NCBI GenBank assembly: GCA_010405405.1
Contig: MU004245.1
Location: 127,256 to 191,255, forward strand
Origin: Microthyrium microscopicum
Lineage: Eukaryota
DNA: 64,000 bases
Direction of reading: 5' to 3'
The notes below the pieces were generated by a model. That model was not told the origin of the DNA. It saw nothing but the letters and a program-made list of their open reading frames with translations, and did not search any database. Position numbers and translations under genes: made by a program. Shown here piece by piece: positions 12,883 to 25,764 of the stretch; the first letter of the stretch is position 1; every line of letters begins with the position of its first letter.

Positions 12883-14006
12883 GCTGGGAGGAGGGCAGAG
12901 GTCGATGTAAGGTTTGAAATATGGTTTGGAATGTTGAATGAGACGCTCGCGAACTTGAATGCCTGTTGGTAGAAGAGTGTATGATCTCAACGGGCTTTGA
13001 AGGGGGCAGGTCACACAGTGGTAGTTTCCAAAGCTGGAGAGCAAGGCCATTTATATGCCAGCGAACAGTGCTCACTTGGAGCGCCCAGAATGAAAACTTG
13101 ACTAGCGGAGTTATATGCTGTCTTTGTTCTCTAATCTCCAAAATCCGTAGACTTTTACCTGATTTTTCGTGTCTGATACCGTATACTCTACTTGACGATC
13201 TACAGTAAGTGAAATACATAAATGGGCTGAAATCTTGCCAATGGGATTGGCTGATGCCACGCAACCAATCAGAGATTGAAATCCTAAAGGAGTTAGCGCC
13301 AACAAAGGTCAAAGTTCTGACCACATCCTGATCTTTAGGTCGAGTACTACTGTCACCTATCTTATTTTTCGCCGAAAGGTTCACAACAGCTGCTGAGCTG
13401 AGCCGGGTATATCGTGCTATGAAGCAAATTGGTCAATCAAGAGAACATGGTTTTGATTGATCATGGAGATTCGACAAGGTCAGGCACAGTTATGAATACG
13501 ATGTACGGTATACACTGTGCCCCCTGTCTACAGCACCATTCAGGACTCAATATTCATTGCTGTTGTCTGTAAGATCGAGAGGCTCTAAGTTTCGCTATGG
13601 ATTCACCTTCAGCCATGCCATTTCGACGCGTCTTTGACGCGTAGGGCCGATCTTGCCGAACGGGATGAACATCTGGGCTGTTGCTTTGTAATGGAGTAAT
13701 GGAGATAACCTTATTTCTGGGACAGACAAGAGCTCGCCCATACCACTGAGAAGAAGTAGACGAATCAAAAGCTTGAGGTTTATTTGTTTCAATGCATTTC
13801 CTTCTCAATCCCTGCTATGAGGAGTCGCTTGAACCGATACCGCCTTCGATGATGCAAGATTCGTTGCTGATGATCTGAGGAGCTCGGATAGCTCCAAGCT
13901 ATATTGAGCTCTCAATTTCCTTATTGAATGCCCGAATCGCAACTTCACTATTACTCCAGCATTTCACAGCCTAACTTGAAAGTTAACAAAACATTACCTA
14001 GCGATC

Positions 14007-14771
14007 ATGGGTTCACAAGAGAATGAGATTGTTCTCTACACCAACAGACGTTGCCCTTGTATGTATAACAGATAGCCTTTTCAAAAGTCGAACATACATG
14101 CTGACTATATTATAGGGGCTCACCGCGCTCATATAGCCCTCGACGAACTAAAGGTTCCCTTCAAGGAGGTTACCATTGATCTTGACACCCCACGTACTCA
14201 GGAGTATCTTGCCATCAACCCACGAGGACTGGTACCGTCCATCTCATTCAACGGCGAAATCTATACAGAATCAGCGGTCGTATCATGGCTCCTGGCTGAT
14301 GCCTTTCCATCAGGCAAACTAGTCCTTCCATCTAGTGCTGCCGGAGGACCTCAACAGCGCGCACGAATTGCATTCTTTGTTGACACTTACTTTTCCAAGT
14401 TCCAGGGCGGTCTAATGAAACTTTTCGGTGCCAAGACTGATGAGGAACAAGAGCCCATTATCACAGAGGCTGTAGACAAATTGGTCAAGGAGATTGAACC
14501 TCTTTTGAAAAACGCAAAGCCATTCTTTGGTGGTAGCTCCCATATCACTCAAGCTGAAGTCTTGACTGGCTCATTCGTTATTCGGTTGGTCTCTTTGACT
14601 AAGGTCGGAATCTACCCAGCCAAGCTGAGCAGCTCTATTGCCGAAAGAGCACCCAACTTCTGGAAGTGGGCAGAGGCAGTCGCTGCTCATCCCAGCGTCA
14701 CTGGGATCTACGACGAGGAAAAGATCATTGCCAGCACAAAAGCTCGCATTGCCAAAGCCAGAGCTTCTTGA
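14007..14771 (+). CDS. Glutathione S-transferase (Cys-type active site, CPW)
   Basis: Spliced LYTNRRCPWAHRAHIALDELKVPF...YLAINPRGLVPSI...YTESAVV, followed by a helical GST C-domain. One intron at ~14059-14114. Confidence 0.87.
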
Positions 14772-15365
14772 CTAACCAGGGAAAGACAACCCTCTTCTTC
14801 GGGTCGCCTTTGAAATAGTCGTTTCGGTTGACACATGGGAGCCTTTGTGTTGCTCTTAGAATCTGTAATCCAGTCATATCTAAGGTATCAATATTGATAT
14901 TCATTTTCAGTATCTTATGTCGAAAGCCTTGACTCGAATACTTGGTCAACATCCCAATCAAATTGAAGGATAATCATTCTATCGCCAAAGACTTACTGCA
15001 CTTGTGAGAGCTTAGTGAAGAGATCTTGTCGTAGAGTCGAATGAGGGTTACTCTGATATCAAGAAACGATAAACTTTTATAGTTTCATTACATAAGGTAT
15101 CTCTGCCAGCGCTGAGCGCTTACTTCGATTTTGATGTTGTTGGCCCGCTTCGAAGCTTTAGATCGCCAGATCCTCGCATTGTTACGGACTCGGAGTTAGA
15201 TGTCAGTGACGCAACTGCTGACATGTCCAATTAATCAGCATTGCCAGAATAAAAGTGGATTTGACGATGCACCTTTGATCAATAAATCTCGATCCCAGTC
15301 TCACATCGTTTCTTTCTCAATCGTACAATTTTCCACAACGATAACCAACTGCCAGGACTTCAACC

Positions 15366-17003
15366 ATGGCGATCAGACGCCTGCCGCTATACTATCGGGC
15401 CGCGGCCATTGTCGCCACAGGAGGCTTTCTATTTGGGTGAGCTTATACGTGCAGAGTCAAAAGTTTTATATCGTTACTAAATCGAGAGACAGGGCTGATA
15501 CTGGAACTATTGGACCCGTTACAGCCATGAAATCGTTCCAGGAAGCTTTTGGACCCTTAACATCTGCAAAGCATGGCTTCGTTGTCTCCTCGATCTTACT
15601 GTCTGGAGCAATATCTGGTCTTTTTGCTGGTAACATTGCAGATGTGTATGGCCGTGGGATCGCCTTCATATTGGGCGGTATTATTTTTGGAATCGGTGCA
15701 GCGCTAGAAGCCGGAGCCCAGAGTTTAGGAATGTTTATCTTTGGCCGAGTGCTCGCTGGCTTTGGAGAAGGGATCTTTTTAGGGAATTTGACCGTTTATA
15801 TCTGCGAAATTGCACCAGCCCGTCGACGTGGCCCAATTGCTTCAACAGTTCAATTTTTAGTCAACACTGGACTTGCATCTGGATACTTCATATGCTACGG
15901 CACTGCTAGATTGGTCAACACTTCTATGTCTTGGAGGATACCACTCATGCTACAAAGCATATTAGCATTTGCATTTGCTGGGTCATGCTTTTTATTTGTT
16001 CCTCCTTCTCCTCGTTGGCTTCAAGCTAAAGGACGCATGGACGAAGCACGCCTTACCTTAGAAAAACTTGGACTTGCTTCAACTGAATTGGAGGAATTAG
16101 CTGAAGAGACGACTGCTCCTGTCATGGAGGAAGCTCAAGCTGGGCTAGTAAACAGCCTCAAATCGAGCATGCGAGACTTCACCCGTGTTTTCCGGAAAGA
16201 CACTCGAACTCAAGCTGGACTGGCCTGCATTCTGATGGCGTTCCAACAGTTTAGCGGGATTGATGGGGTTATGTATTACGCTCCACTTCTGTTTCAGCAG
16301 GCTGGTCTAGCATCAGAACAGGCCTCGTTCCTAGCCTCTGGTGTCTCCGCTCTCGTCATGCTGGCAGTCACTCTTCCTGCGACTATATACGCAGATCATT
16401 GGGGAAGACGGGTATCGGCTATCACTGGAGGCATAACCCTTTCTGGTACTATGCTGCTGATTGGCTCCCTTTATGCTGCAAACGCTGTTCATAGTGACTC
16501 TGGAGCTGGCCGTTGGGTTGTCATTGTCTCGATATATCTATTTGCTGTCTTCTTCTGTGTAACTTGGGCTATCACTTTCAAGATATATGCTTCGGAGATC
16601 CAACCCATGAGCACAAGAGCAAGTGCGTCGAGCTTAGCACAGAGCGCAAATTGGGTAAGTTGCTCAATAGAATGCTCTATGCAACATATGATCGGCTAAC
16701 ATTTGCCAGTTGGCCAATTGGATTGTAGCACTCACAACTCCAATCTTTCTTGCCAAATCTTCATTCGGGGCCTATTTCTTCTTCGGATTTTCTAGTCTGT
16801 TCTGTCTGGCTGTTTGTGTGGTCGCTATGCCAGAAACGAAGGGCAAATCTCTCGAGGCAATCAACCAGGCTTTCGATCACAAATCTAGATCGTGGAGCCT
16901 TGGGTCTTTACGACAACGCAAATTGACAGGAAGAGACGACTCAAGGGAGCCTTCATCAGCTGAAGATGTGCACTTGACGGCCAGACCTACCCTTGTATCA
17001 TAG
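15366..17003 (+). CDS. MFS sugar porter family transporter
   Basis: GGFLFG-ADTG, ADVYGRG, GRVLAGFGEG, YICEIAPARRRG, PPSPRWL, FQQFSGIDGVMYYAP, DHWGRR, YASEIQP..TR, PETKGKSLE. Two introns. Confidence 0.93.
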
Positions 17004-17483
17004 TGGATGAAGGCTTGCTCTCTCTTGCTCCAAATATAGCCGCCATGTCTTCAACTTCCTTTCCAAATTGACACTCGGCCGATTTATCAGTACATTAGAG
17101 ATTATCATACACTGAAGTACTACCAGAGCATGTTCCGGGGCACGACTGTGCCACCACCCGCAACTCAAGTTCAGAGCTTGCCGATGTGAACTTTCAAACT
17201 TGAAGTGACTCCTTCACACAAACTGGGTAGAAAGCACGCTAAGCTCCACCCGATAGATAGACACTCCTGCTTCAATCGACCATATCTCGTTGACTGCCTT
17301 TTTTAGGCAGCTTGGTGACGGATATATGGTTACCTCACCAGGTGAGCTTGACCATTGGACTTCTTCTATTTATTAGCAGCCATCTCCAAACACCACAAAC
17401 ACAACCACCCTCAATACAGCTCTGTCTCCATATCTAATCAGTTACACTCTCACAAGTCTAAACAGCTCACCCATTCTATCAAG

Positions 17484-18030
17484 ATGCGTCTGTTCGCTAT
17501 CTTTGCTACCATTGTTGGTGCTCTAGGAGCTGCATCTGCTGTGGCTCTGCCGGCCCCTACTTACCAGCAAGGTACGATAACATATCTCATAGCATTTCCG
17601 TGGGCCAAAGCCTCTCTGACTTATAATTTCAGAAGCTCAAAACGTCACCATCGCCGGTCAGACCTATCCACTCCTCTGCAACCAACTCAACCTCAACTTG
17701 AAGGACATCGACTACTGCATCGGCATTCTCATGGACTCTCGCGGACAAGTTTGCTGGACCAAGCCAAAAGACTCCGGCACCTTCTGTCAAAAAAGCGGAG
17801 TCTTCGTCAGCGGTACTAACTGGGGTGACAACGGACCTCACCAAGCGAGCTGTCAGACTGAAGTTGAGCCTAAAGTGCAAATGATTCGAGACCGTTGCGG
17901 TTCCCGAGGAGGTAAGTTTTAGCTTGCCGATGGTATTTGGCACACCTCTCACTGATTTCTAGGTTCTATTGGCGTTCACGGCACCCAGAACAACGACCTA
18001 GTTGTTCATGTCGCCGATCATTGGGTTTGA
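17484..18030 (+). CDS. Small secreted cysteine-rich protein (six Cys), effector candidate A
   Basis: Signal peptide MRLFAIFATIVGALGAASAVA. Introns 17572-17632 and 17912-17962. Mature part ...LLCNQ..IDYCIG..GQVCWTK..FCQK..VSG..ASC..RCGSRGGSIG..NDLVVHVADHWV*. Paralogue at 35401-36009. Confidence 0.8.
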
Positions 18031-18390
18031 TAGACCTCTTCTCCTTCAGAAACTGAAAAGGTAGCGTTAGTGAAGGTCGAGTATGGTCCAACTCACTCTT
18101 GGTTACTGGTGTTGTCACGGCCTGGTCTTGGGAAGGGGCAATCTCCTTATGTTCACTCATCACTTTGCAAATAGTCCATCGAGGCTCATTTTTAATTGAA
18201 ATGATTATAATCTAAATCTCACGTCTGCCAAGAATGGTAACCTGCATATCAGTGAATGCGCAATAGTAAGGAGATGTCTGACAAGTTGTGAGCATTTTAT
18301 GCTACGTACTATGCACGCTAGGGCAGTCAATATGGAGGTATATAAGCCTTTCAAGTTTTCTTTGTGAAAAGACGGTCTATCTCCAGGCAA

Positions 18391-19318
18391 CTATTTCCTC
18401 GAAAATATGCCAGCGAATTTGCGACGCAGCCTCTCCCTCTTCGATCCTATACTAGTCTGGGAAAAAGCGCTCGCTACTTCTGCCGTGTCATTTGCACTCG
18501 ATTCGGCCTTGTCCAGCAACGCCTGTATTTCCAGTGCCTGTACGGCAACTTGGGGATAGTCCTTGGGAATACTAGAAACATTCTTCTTCCAATGCTTCCA
18601 TCTCTTCAGAGGTATACAATTGAAAAGAACGGAACCTCCGTATAAGAGCCATTCCCGACACGCTGCGAGTTCTGCTGGTAATAAGGTAATGTCTCTTGGC
18701 TGTTCAAAGGTCGTTCTCAGAATACCCTCAGCATATGGATACATGTTTACATAGTGTTTCCCGTATATTCTGGCTGCGAACGAGTTCTGGCGAACCCATT
18801 CCTGCATATATTCGCCTTGCTTACTTCGAGGGGCATCAGCAACGTATAGCATGAGAGATCCATCTTTGAAATCAAGACGAAAGCATCTTTCAAGCAGTGG
18901 CAAGTCTCCCCAAAGTTTCATCTTCGCCTATGGTACCATTAGATTTCATGAAGGGTCCCTTGAGCTTCCTTGTACTTACTCCATCAAGTTCAATGTCTTG
19001 AGATATTATCTTTCTTAAAGCTCCCACTAGCTGAACCAAAAGGTCTAGCTTGGAAAATGGGCACTGAAGTACGATCGACAAGAGAAGCTGCCAGAAGTCA
19101 AACAGAAACAGCTCGATTGCTTCTTCCTCGGTCTCTTCACCTCGCCCCGATAAACACTCATAGAATAAAGTGTCAATTGACCAAGCTATGGCAGTAGGAG
19201 TTGCTTCGTCGGTTTTACTAGTGAGAAGCGCTTTGAATAAGGTCACAAGGTGTACTTGACCGTAAGTTTCCTCGGTCTTCAGGTCCTCGATCCACTCAAA
19301 GTCTGTATCTGCAGACAT
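18391..19318 (-). CDS. DUF3632-like fungal protein (one intron joins the two ORFs)
   Basis: FW..LLSIVLQCPF..LVQLV, LWGDLPLL, W..QNSFAARI, LRTTFE, AACREWLLYGG and RWKHWK pattern. GTAAGT donor near 18979 and CCATAG acceptor near 18928. Confidence 0.65.
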
Positions 19319-20585
19319 TTTTTTCGAAGGCAGTGAAATTGATTGGTACTGCCTGTTGAGAAACCCAGAACCTTTGAAGATACGAGCGAACGTATGAATA
19401 ACTAGTCCATGAAAGCTGCTGACTGACGAGATTAAATTCTTGTGATGAAAGAACCTGACGACCTTTGTTCAAGTTCAACGCTTTCAGCTTTCAATGATAT
19501 CTTTGCATGGCATCTGGGCCTTTTCTTTGTGGTCTTTACAAAGAATTGGTCCTCAGTCACAGACAAAGAAATTGATGTCAACTAGTACGGTGTCAAGGGT
19601 GTGCAGGCTACGCGAGAATCATTATGCATTTCAGGTCGTGCCTGGTCTCAAGAGGCCTGGATTAAATATATCATTTAACATATCAACTGGGCGGTGGGTG
19701 TCCTGTATAATCGCGATCGTGCTGCATTTAGCCACCGTTTTATTTAGCAGTGATACCATAATGGACCATACGAATCCGAACTTCCGCTGTCAGATCAAAT
19801 ATGTGAAATAAAATCAAGAATAAACGATAACAGGAGTGTTGAGCCTGATCTGAATCTGGTAAATCAACTCCCTCATTCTGACCTCGAATTTTGACTTGAC
19901 TGAAACTAAGTAGTTAGAGATCCATAAGATCAATATTTGCATCTCTAATCCTACTCTGTGGACTCTGCTTGAAGTGTCAACTTTGGCGCCAGTTCAGATG
20001 TCGCTGAATCTCAAGAGGCCAGTGTGCAACCCTTTAGAGCTGCCGAGACAAGTTCCATGCGAGCATCATGTAAGACAGGTTCCCCGTGCTATTGAGGTGT
20101 TGGTTTGCCCACCTAATTGATCGTGAAGTGGCTGTCAGCGGTAATCAGTGCAGTGACTTACCTTTCCCTGCTCAAATAAAAGGAGTATCCATATGTTGAC
20201 TCAGTCTCAAGCATCCTCAAATACAACACTACTCCTGAGACGTAAATCTCAAAGGCTGGGAAGGGTGTTGATAAGTTTGGCTGGATGGATATGATAAGTA
20301 TAAAATAACGAGCTTGGAAGGAAATGAACTCCAGAAAATATCAGTAGATTACTCATACAAGTGAGCGAAGTCTGAGAACATTATACCATGGGATATCTTG
20401 ACAAATTAGCCTGTCGCCCGGTTTCGCCCGCTGAGTCTTATGTAAGTCATACTTCAGAGCAATCTTGTGCCTTATACATTAGTTGCTATTTTATTCTGTC
20501 GCAAAAGACGCAGTAGTGCTCGTTGAGTCGTGAAACACTAATCAGTGGTAGTGGTCGCTTCAATTCCTGGATAAGCCAGAGAACA

Positions 20586-21295
20586 ATGGACACGACAGGT
20601 ATGGCCGACCTCTGGGTCCTTACCACCAGAAGCAGAGACGAGTGAGAAGAAGCTCTGCCGAGCGTTGGGTTCGAGAAGCAGTCAGCAATCCTGACGCACA
20701 CGGGCTACGTGTCCAACCATTCAACAACCGAGAGGGCCTTGCTCTTCATAAGTGTATGGGCGATGGCAGCGATCTTCATGAACTTACGATATGGTATCCA
20801 TTTTGGGGCCATCATTACAACAGATATCCCGGTCCGGTTCGGTGTTTCTATTACCAGAATTGCGAGGAGATTCAGAAGAGCGAAACTATCACTTGCATCG
20901 CTGTCGGAGGACATGACCAAAGCAAAAGCCAGTGGGACGGCAACAACATGACTCTGGGAGTTTATCACTCAAGACGTGGCCAGAAAGACGAGTGGAAGAG
21001 AAGCCTGACAGCCTGGGATGCTGGTTCGAGATCAAATTCTGTCATTGCTTACAACGCAACTGAGAAGAGAGTGCCTCTAGAGCACATACTTGACAGGCTG
21101 AAGGATCGGAAGTGCGAAACGTTGTTTTGGGACGGAAATGGCCTCGAAGAACCAGAACTGGCCCCACGAGCTTTCGAGGACGACATACACAAGGTCAGCA
21201 GCAGACGGACTGTTCGATCTAAGGCCAAGAAGCTGTTCAAGTATCTGATCAGCCCTTTCAAGCGGTGGTCTTCAGGCTTGAAACAGGCTTCATGA
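20586..21295 (+). CDS. Hypothetical protein; 5' end unresolved (possible frameshift or unseen intron)
   Basis: 217-codon open frame 20642-21295 with protein-like composition. The nearby ATGs at 20586 and 20601 are in a different frame that stops at ~20645. Confidence 0.4.
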
Positions 21296-21487
21296 GGATT
21301 CGGTAAGGTAGTGGAGCTAGAGATCAACTTATCATAATAAAAATTCAGTATTGCTATGAATAGAAAGACCGCTTTGCGTTTATCCGAGCGACCCGCCCAG
21401 AGACCTATAGACAGTGTAGTAGAGTACAGGTAAATATTGTCACCGAGGGGATGTGTGGTATACAAGCGCCATGACAGTAAGCGCACC

Positions 21488-24269
21488 TTACTCGTCCCAA
21501 ACATTTCCACTAGATTCTGGTGCCCCGGCCTTCCCGGACTCATTCAAAGTCTGCATGGGGATAGGCTCACCCTCTTCCTTCTTTTCAGCAGGTGCTCCAC
21601 GGCCCTCCATGGCAATCGCTTGCTTGCCCAAGTCTGAATTGACCAAAAACTCTCTTAATCTCTCTTTGCCAACTTGCAGTCCCTGGTCCCAAGCTGCCGC
21701 GGTCATACGGATAATTGGACCCCATAAATTCATCTGGTATGTGACGTACGCGCCTGCTAATGACATGGCAAGTAGCAGAATGAGGAAAGGATTGCGTGCG
21801 ACTGCGAAGATTTCATTTTGTCCCAGTACCAGCAAGAGACCCCACATCCACCAGGGAGTCTGTGTGACCCCGCCGAGCGCTCCACGCTTGGCTTCAACGT
21901 AAATGCCATCCGCCGTCTTGCGGAAGCGGTGTGTTATATCCGCTTGTCGCGCCTCAGATAGCACTGTCATCTCTTCAGTGAGTGACTCTTCTGCATCATC
22001 CACACCGCCTATAGGGGCCAGATCCTCTTCGTCTGCGCGGCTTGTTGTTGCAGGCCGTGCACCAATCCAGGCATCCAGCGGAGGTGGCGCAGATGTGGCT
22101 GCAAGGCGGAAACGTGAGAGCAGCGGAATGAGTTTGAGAGTGTTATCGCGTGCACGAGCAAATGCCCCATCAATGTCGTCTGAGGGTCGCCATATGCGCG
22201 GTACGCCTTCGTCATCGTAGCGAAAGCCGTCTTCAAAGTTCTCGCGGAGCTTCATCGCTAAGTTGCCTTCTGCAGTTTCTTCAGCGGTCTTAGTTTTGAG
22301 GGCGATCCAGGCTTTGCGACGAAGGCGCCAGAGCCCAACTTCGACTTCATCGCTGCTAGCATCGAAGCTGGCGGCACGATCAACAAAACGCTTTTCGGCT
22401 TGAGCAACGATATCGGTGAAAATGGTCCAGACTCGATCCCAGTGGTCGGCTTCAGAGGGAGGTTTGCTGCCAGTTTCGGGTGCTCCAGATCCGCCTCGTC
22501 TAGAGCCAAGCTTATTGAATTCTAGACCAATTGACTCATCAAGCTTGGATTTTATCCATCGCTCAACCCGCGTGGCGAGAAGTCTCATCTCTTCCTGTCG
22601 TAAGCGCTTGCTTTCCTTGTCCAGATCTTTCTTAAATAAATCAAGCTGTGACGAATGGTCGCTCCAGGAGGTGCCTTCCACAGCCGATTCATTGGCCAAT
22701 TCTTCGAATTTGCTGATTGCGCGTTTCTTCTCAACATCTACAATCTTGGCGAAATCATATTGTGATCCGCTTTTTGAGCCAGCTCTCACGGTTTCTGAGA
22801 CAGCATCCACAAACCCTGTGACACCTGACTTCGAAGCTGCGTTAAGTTGTCCGTCGTATACAAGCTTGAGTCGGCCATCGACGGTTGTTTCAAGCTCTTC
22901 AAGCTGCTTCTTGAAGACACCCTTGTGATATCTTGAGGCTGCAGATTCAAACTCTCTCAAAAGAGATGAGCGAGCAGTAGAAACCGCCAAACCCAAAGCG
23001 GGTAGTAATGTAGACTGCCCGCTGCGGACCGCATCCGCTTGTTTCGTTTCGAGTGGAACAATTACAGCATCAAATGCGATAAGACATTCTCGCGCGATTT
23101 CAACACATCGGAATTGTGCGAGCAATTCTTGCTGAGTCGGAAGATCGAGGTCCTTGTTTGACTGGATTTGTTCCCACACGCCTTTAGCATATACACTGAA
23201 TCCGTCGGCTGGGATGCGGCGATGATACTCCGGTAACAGCAATGGCTGGCTTGTTTCATCCAAAAGTCCCACAGTCTTCGGGTCTTTGTAACCTTCCCGG
23301 AATCGAGTACCCAGTTTTGCAACTTCATCATCAAACTTTTCTGGTTGCAAGAGTTTGTGAGGTAAAGCGGCAAAGGCAAAGTCAAAATAATCCTGGATCT
23401 TGGATTCCTCAAGTCCTGCCGGTTTTGATATTGAAGCCCATATGCGGTCGAGAGTATTGACAAGAGTTTTGCTCAGGTTGGTAAGTGGCGTCCGGCCTGT
23501 ATGATCACGGATAACGAAGAAGAGTAACGATCGAGGTATTGAACTGCAATCGCTGTTAGTCAAATATCTCTGGTCTAACTAGTCATGATACTCACTGATT
23601 GTCTTTGACAAAAAGCTGGAGGTTTACTTCGAATACAGTCTTCAGTAAACCCATATTTGCACCGTTGTAAAGGCCGACTTGCGTTTCCCACATATTGACG
23701 AGCAAGATCTCACTAGTGGCGAGTGCAAACAAGGCACTTTTCCGCTCAAAGTCTTGATCTTCTCCCCTCTCTTGACCATCTGTGCCTTCTACATCCATGA
23801 CCAATATATTGTCAGCCATTTGATGAGAAGCCTCATCTTCTCGTTTGTTCTTGGCTAGCCAAATTCCTTTCGTCGTTTGCCGGCGCTCCTCTTCGTTCAT
23901 CACGCCGAAATTTGTTCCAAAAAGATTGTTCAGAAGAGTGCTCTTTCCTGTGGACTGCGATCCAAAAACTGATATGAGATGATAGTTGAATCCAGCGGGA
24001 TTGATCTTTTCGTAGGTGAGATAAGGCCCAACATCGTCGCTTTTCACATGTTAGAATAATGAAATGATTCCTGGCACCCTCGAGGCAACATACCTAAAAA
24101 CTCCATCAGAATTGACAACTTGTATTCCATTTTTAAAAGCAGCTCCAGCCGCAGCTTGCTTGCCATTGGGGACGTGGCCATTCGAACGCATTATCTTGCC
24201 TGGCGCTGATCCCAGGCTCATTGGCATGCTTGGTCGACGAGGCGGCGTGGTCGGTTCTGGTGTTGCCAT
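21488..24269 (-). CDS. SEY1: Sey1/RHD3 dynamin-like GTPase (ER membrane fusion)
   Basis: P-loop [78 protein letters not shown] and a C-terminal TM hairpin. Two introns. Confidence 0.96.
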
Positions 24270-25764
24270 TTTGACCTGTGAAATTGCGCGGTATGTGTTT
24301 GTTGGATACGGTTGAGAAGTGAGCCGGCGAATGGTTCCGCTAGAGCCGGGAGAGGAAGAATGAAATGAGGACAGCTGTCGCAAACGGTATTGTTAATGAA
24401 GGATCGTGCGTGGAGACTTCGAGGCCGGGTAGCGAAGAGGATTACAGCTCGAGGTCGGGGTAAAGTAGTAATGTTGTAAGAGCGGAAATGGCGAGTATGA
24501 GAAGAGTTAATGGGGTTTGGTGAAGGACAAGATGTTGCCTTTCGTAATCGATGCAGCTGTTGCTGCCATGCATGGTGATCACTGGCTGGTCAAAGAAAAC
24601 AAGGCACTGGTCCATGCGCAAGCTAAGCACGGGTACAGCCGTCATCCACTCCTTTCATGTGACCATTCCTCTTTGGGAATTTGAGATATCTTCATCGACG
24701 GCTAAAGTCCAGTTGCAGCAGAGAGTCACATAAGCATGAGTCGCTAGTCTTGAGGTCGTATTTTAGTCCACTTCGGTCGCTTAAGAACATCGTACTCTAG
24801 CCGGCAAAATGGCGAAGAACGAAGTCCAGTACCATCAAGTCCAGCATCACTACAGGTTTCTAGAATAACAGGAAAGTATCTCAGTACTTAGACGTGAAAA
24901 GAGGTTCTGAAATGAGAAGGGGAAGTTAGCAACAGCATATAAGGCTTTCAACCCCGATAATTTTCTCGAAGAATTTTATTGTGCCTTGAATCTCAGCAAT
25001 TCAAGTTAATATACTGAATGAAATGCTAAATTGTTCGGATCCTACAAATATAATACGTTTACCACGCCGCCAGAAATGGACCAGTCTTTTTCCCAAGTTA
25101 GAGTCTCGCCAATTCTATCCATATGAAAAAGTTGTTCTGTGGCCAGTCCACTAATAAACCCCATCTTTCTTTCGCGACAAGCGGACATGCAATGGGACCT
25201 AGCAGACTACTATAAAGTGCCATAGGCGCATTCGCTTGATGTGTTTTCCCAAAGCCCAACGATTTTATTTTGAAGTTTACTCGGTAAAGTCTGCTTCGAA
25301 GCTTTCAAGATGAGAGCCACAGAAACTTTGTTTCTCAGTGCAGTGATCTCCAGCTGTTCGGTCACAGCCAGTTTCTTACCAACCTCTACCTTGTAAGTTT
25401 CCCTTATGAAAGTTAGAATCCTTTTCCGAGTCCTTGGAACTAGCACTATTTCTAGCCTTGTGGAAAGATAGTGTATTGTCATGGATTGGAGCGGCACACG
25501 GCTTGCTGTTGTCCATGCCCACCCCTTGCAGATACTGGGGAATCTCCAGCTTTGACATTGCTACCAACCCATGAGTTTTGTTATCTCAGCTAAGATTTAC
25601 ATCCACTATTATCGAGGCTCTATACTACGTGATTTCCCATTTTCTCATGGTGAGCATGAACGGTAGAGAGAACAGCAAATACCTATCACATAACCTCATT
25701 CGCTTTTCTCACTTCAGATGAGCAATCTCATATCCTTTAATCGATACTGACTGCTCCCATGCAG

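Noticed and set aside
12794..13808. 196-aa and shorter ORFs between the SDR and GST
   Set aside because: No motifs, non-ATG or weak starts; most likely a shared divergent promoter region.
21453..22928. Plus-strand ORFs of 105-170 aa
   Set aside because: Antisense shadows of SEY1.
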